DNA of 14,825 nucleotides from Escherichia coli (GTDB lineage Bacteria; Pseudomonadota; Gammaproteobacteria; Enterobacterales; Enterobacteriaceae): NCBI RefSeq assembly GCF_044324875.1, contig NZ_CP172189.1; one strand, 5' to 3'. Shown piece by piece: positions 12,743 to 14,825 of this stretch (position 1 is its first letter; each line of letters starts with the position of its first letter). The notes under the pieces were generated by a model. It saw only the letters and a program-made list of their open reading frames with translations, ran no database searches and was not told where the DNA came from. The position numbers and the translations under genes were made by a program.

Positions 12743-13403
12743 TCCCGCCGTTCGGATCTGCAATGCTGATACTGCTTCGCGTCACCCTGACCACTTCCAG
12801 CCCCGCCTCAGTGAGCGCCTGAATCACATCCTGACGGCCTTTTATCTCTCCGGCATGGTAAAGTGCATCTATACCTCGCGTGACGCCCTCAGCAAGCGCC
12901 TGTTTCGTTTCAGGCAGGTTATCAGGGAGTGTCAGCGTCCTGCGGTTCTCCGGGGCGTTCGGGTCATGCAGCCCGTAATGGTGATTTACCAGCGTCTGCC
13001 AGGCATCAATTCTAGGCCTGTCTGCGCGGTCGTAGTACGGCTGGAGGCGTTTTCCGGTCTGTAGCTCCATGTTCGGAATGACAAAATTCAGCTCAAGCCG
13101 TCCCTTGTCCTGGTGCTCCACCCACAGGATGCTGTACTGATTTTTTTCGAGACCGGGCATCAGTACACGCTCAAAGCTCGCCATCACTTTTTCACGTCCT
13201 CCCGGCGGCAGCTCCTTCTCCGCGAACGACAGAACACCGGACGTGTATTTCTTCGCAAATGGCGTGGCATCGATGAGTTCCCGGACTTCTTCCGGATTAC
13301 CCTGAAGCACCGTTGCGCCTTCGCGGTTACGCTCCCTCCCCAGCAGGTAATCAACCGGACCACTGCCACCACCTTTTCCCCTGGCATGAAATTTAACTAT
13401 CAT
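12743..13403 (-). pseudogene. mbeA: Truncated mbeA (N-terminal ~220 codons of the relaxase domain), fused at its 3' end to the IS21-family right terminus
   Basis: Identical or near-identical to MbeA of module B up to ...VTRSSISIADPNGG, then reads into IS sequence (MRIPLYSITDWHRSPISDSHPFDQPGT). DNA similarity to module B stops exactly at the IS terminal CA (12742). Confidence 0.85.
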
Positions 13404-13740
13404 CCCGCGCCCCCTGTTCCCTGACAGCCAGACGCAGCCGGCGCAGCTCATCCCCGATGGCCATCAGTGCGGCCACCACCTGAACCCGGTCACCGGAAGA
13501 CCACTGCCCGCTGTTCACCTTACGGGCTGTCTGATTCAGGTTATTTCCGATGGCGGCCAGCTGACGCAGTAACGGCGGTGCCAGTGTCGGCAGTTTTCCG
13601 GAACGGGCAACCGGCTCCCCCAGGCAGACCCGCCGCATCCATACCGCCAGTTGTTTACCCTCACAGCGTTCAAGTAACCGGGCATGTTCATCATCAGTAA
13701 CCCGTATTGTGAGCATCCTCTCGCGTTTCATCGGTATCAT
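13393..13740 (-). CDS. mbeC: MbeC/MobC-type relaxosome accessory protein, second copy
   Basis: MIPMKRERMLTIRVTDDEHARLLERCEGKQLAVWMRRV..., virtually identical to the copy at 7477-7824. Confidence 0.85.
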   Translation of the reverse strand: MIPMKRERMLTIRVTDDEHARLLERCEGKQLAVWMRRVCLGEPVARSGKLPTLAPPLLRQLAAIGNNLNQTARKVNSGQWSSGDRVQVVAALMAIGDELRRLRLAVREQGARDDS

Positions 13741-13779
13741 TACCCCATGAACAGAAATCCCCCTTACACGGAGGCATCA

Positions 13780-13971
13780 GTGACTAAACAGGAAAAAACC
13801 GCCCTTAACATGGCCCGCTTTATCAGAAGCCAGACATTAACGCTGCTGGAGAAGCTCAACGAACTGGACGCAGATGAACAGGCCGATATTTGTGAATCGC
13901 TTCACGACCACGCCGATGAGCTTTACCGCAGCTGCCTCGCACGTTTCGGGGATGACGGTGAAAACCTCTGA
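13780..13971 (+). CDS. rop: Rop/Rom, second copy; GTG start
   Basis: VTKQEKTALNMARFIRSQTLTLLEKLNELDADEQADICESLHDHADELYRSCLARFGDDGENL (pMB1-type Rop); GGAGG ribosome-binding site at 13770-13774. Confidence 0.9.
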   Translation: MTKQEKTALNMARFIRSQTLTLLEKLNELDADEQADICESLHDHADELYRSCLARFGDDGENL

Positions 13972-14079
13972 CACATGCAGCTCCCGGAGACGGTCACAGC
14001 TTGTCTGTGAGCGGATGCCGGGAGCTGACAAGCCCGTCAGGGCGCGTCAGCAGGTTTTAGCGGGTGTCGGGGCGCAGCC

Positions 14080-14175
14080 CTGACCCAGTCACGTAGCGAT
14101 AGCGGAGTGTATACTGGCTTAACCATGCGGCATCAGTGCGGATTGTATGAAAAGTACGCCATGCCGGGTGTGAAA
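14080..14175. other. oriT/bom region of module C, with canonical ...tatactGgctta... nic motif
   Basis: cagtcacgtagcgatagcggagtgtatactggcttaaccatgcggc. Confidence 0.7.
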
Positions 14176-14179
14176 TGCC

Positions 14180-14825
14180 GCACAGATGCGTAAGGAGAAA
14201 ATGCACGTCCAGGCGCTTTTCCGCTTCCTCGCTCACTGACTCGCTACGCTCGGTCGTTCGACTGCGGCGAGCGGTACTGACTCACACAAAAACGGTAACA
14301 CAGTTATCCACAGAATCAGGGGATAAGGCCGGAAAGAACATGTGAGCAAAAGACCAGGAACAGGAAGAAGGCCACGTAGCAGGCATTTTTCCATAGGCTC
14401 CGCCCCCCTGACGAGCATCACAAAAATAGACGCTCAAGTCAGAGGTGGCGAAACCCGACAGGACTATAAAGATACCAGGCGTTTCCCCCTGGAAGCTCCC
14501 TCGTGCGCTCTCCTGTTCCGACCCTGCCGCTTACCGGATACCTGTCCGCCTTTCTCCCTTCGGGAAGCGTGGCGCTTTCTCATAGCTCACGCTGTTGGTA
14601 TCTCAGTTCGGTGTAGGTCGTTCGCTCCAAGCTGGGCTGTGTGCACGAACCCCCCGTTCAGCCCGACCGCTGCGCCTTATCCGGTAACTATCGTCTTGAG
14701 TCCAACCCGGTAAGGCACGCCTTAACGCCACTGGCAGCAGCCACTGGTAACCGGATTAGCAGAGCGATGATGGCACAAACGGTGCTACAGAGTTCTTGAA
14801 GTAGTGGCCCGACTACGGCTACACT
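14180..14825 (-). other. ColE1-type origin of replication, copy C (partial; the window ends just before its RNA I)
   Basis: Near-identity to the copy B and pMB1 ori body; differs from copy B mainly around 14345-14385. Confidence 0.85.

Overview
The window is a mosaic of small ColE1-family (colicinogenic, mobilisable) plasmid modules from an enterobacterium, arranged head-to-tail in one orientation. Module A (1-3700): RNA I and RNA II promoter of a ColE1/pMB1-type origin, then a complete SOS-regulated colicin E1 operon (kil, imm, cea), two exc-like ORFs and a cer XerCD site. Next come an IS3-family (IS629-like) left-end remnant (3933-4165) and a ~1.8 kb ORF-poor, AT-rich island (4166-5933) full of hairpins and palindromes. 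Module B (5934-10103): mbeA with nested mbeB and mbeD, mbeC, rop, oriT/bom, a ColE1-type origin with a different RNA I, a colicin lysis gene, a 4-TM colicin immunity gene and the last ~70 codons of a pore-forming colicin gene. That colicin gene is cut by a 2.6 kb IS21-family element (istA/istB, 10104-12742). Module C (12743-14825): an IS-truncated mbeA, mbeC, rop, oriT and the start of a third origin. There are no rRNA, tRNA or CRISPR features. I do not see a complete, convincing novel system; the best candidate for something undescribed is the ORF-poor island at 4166-5933. All identifications rest on recalled protein and DNA signatures read from the sequence, with no database search run.
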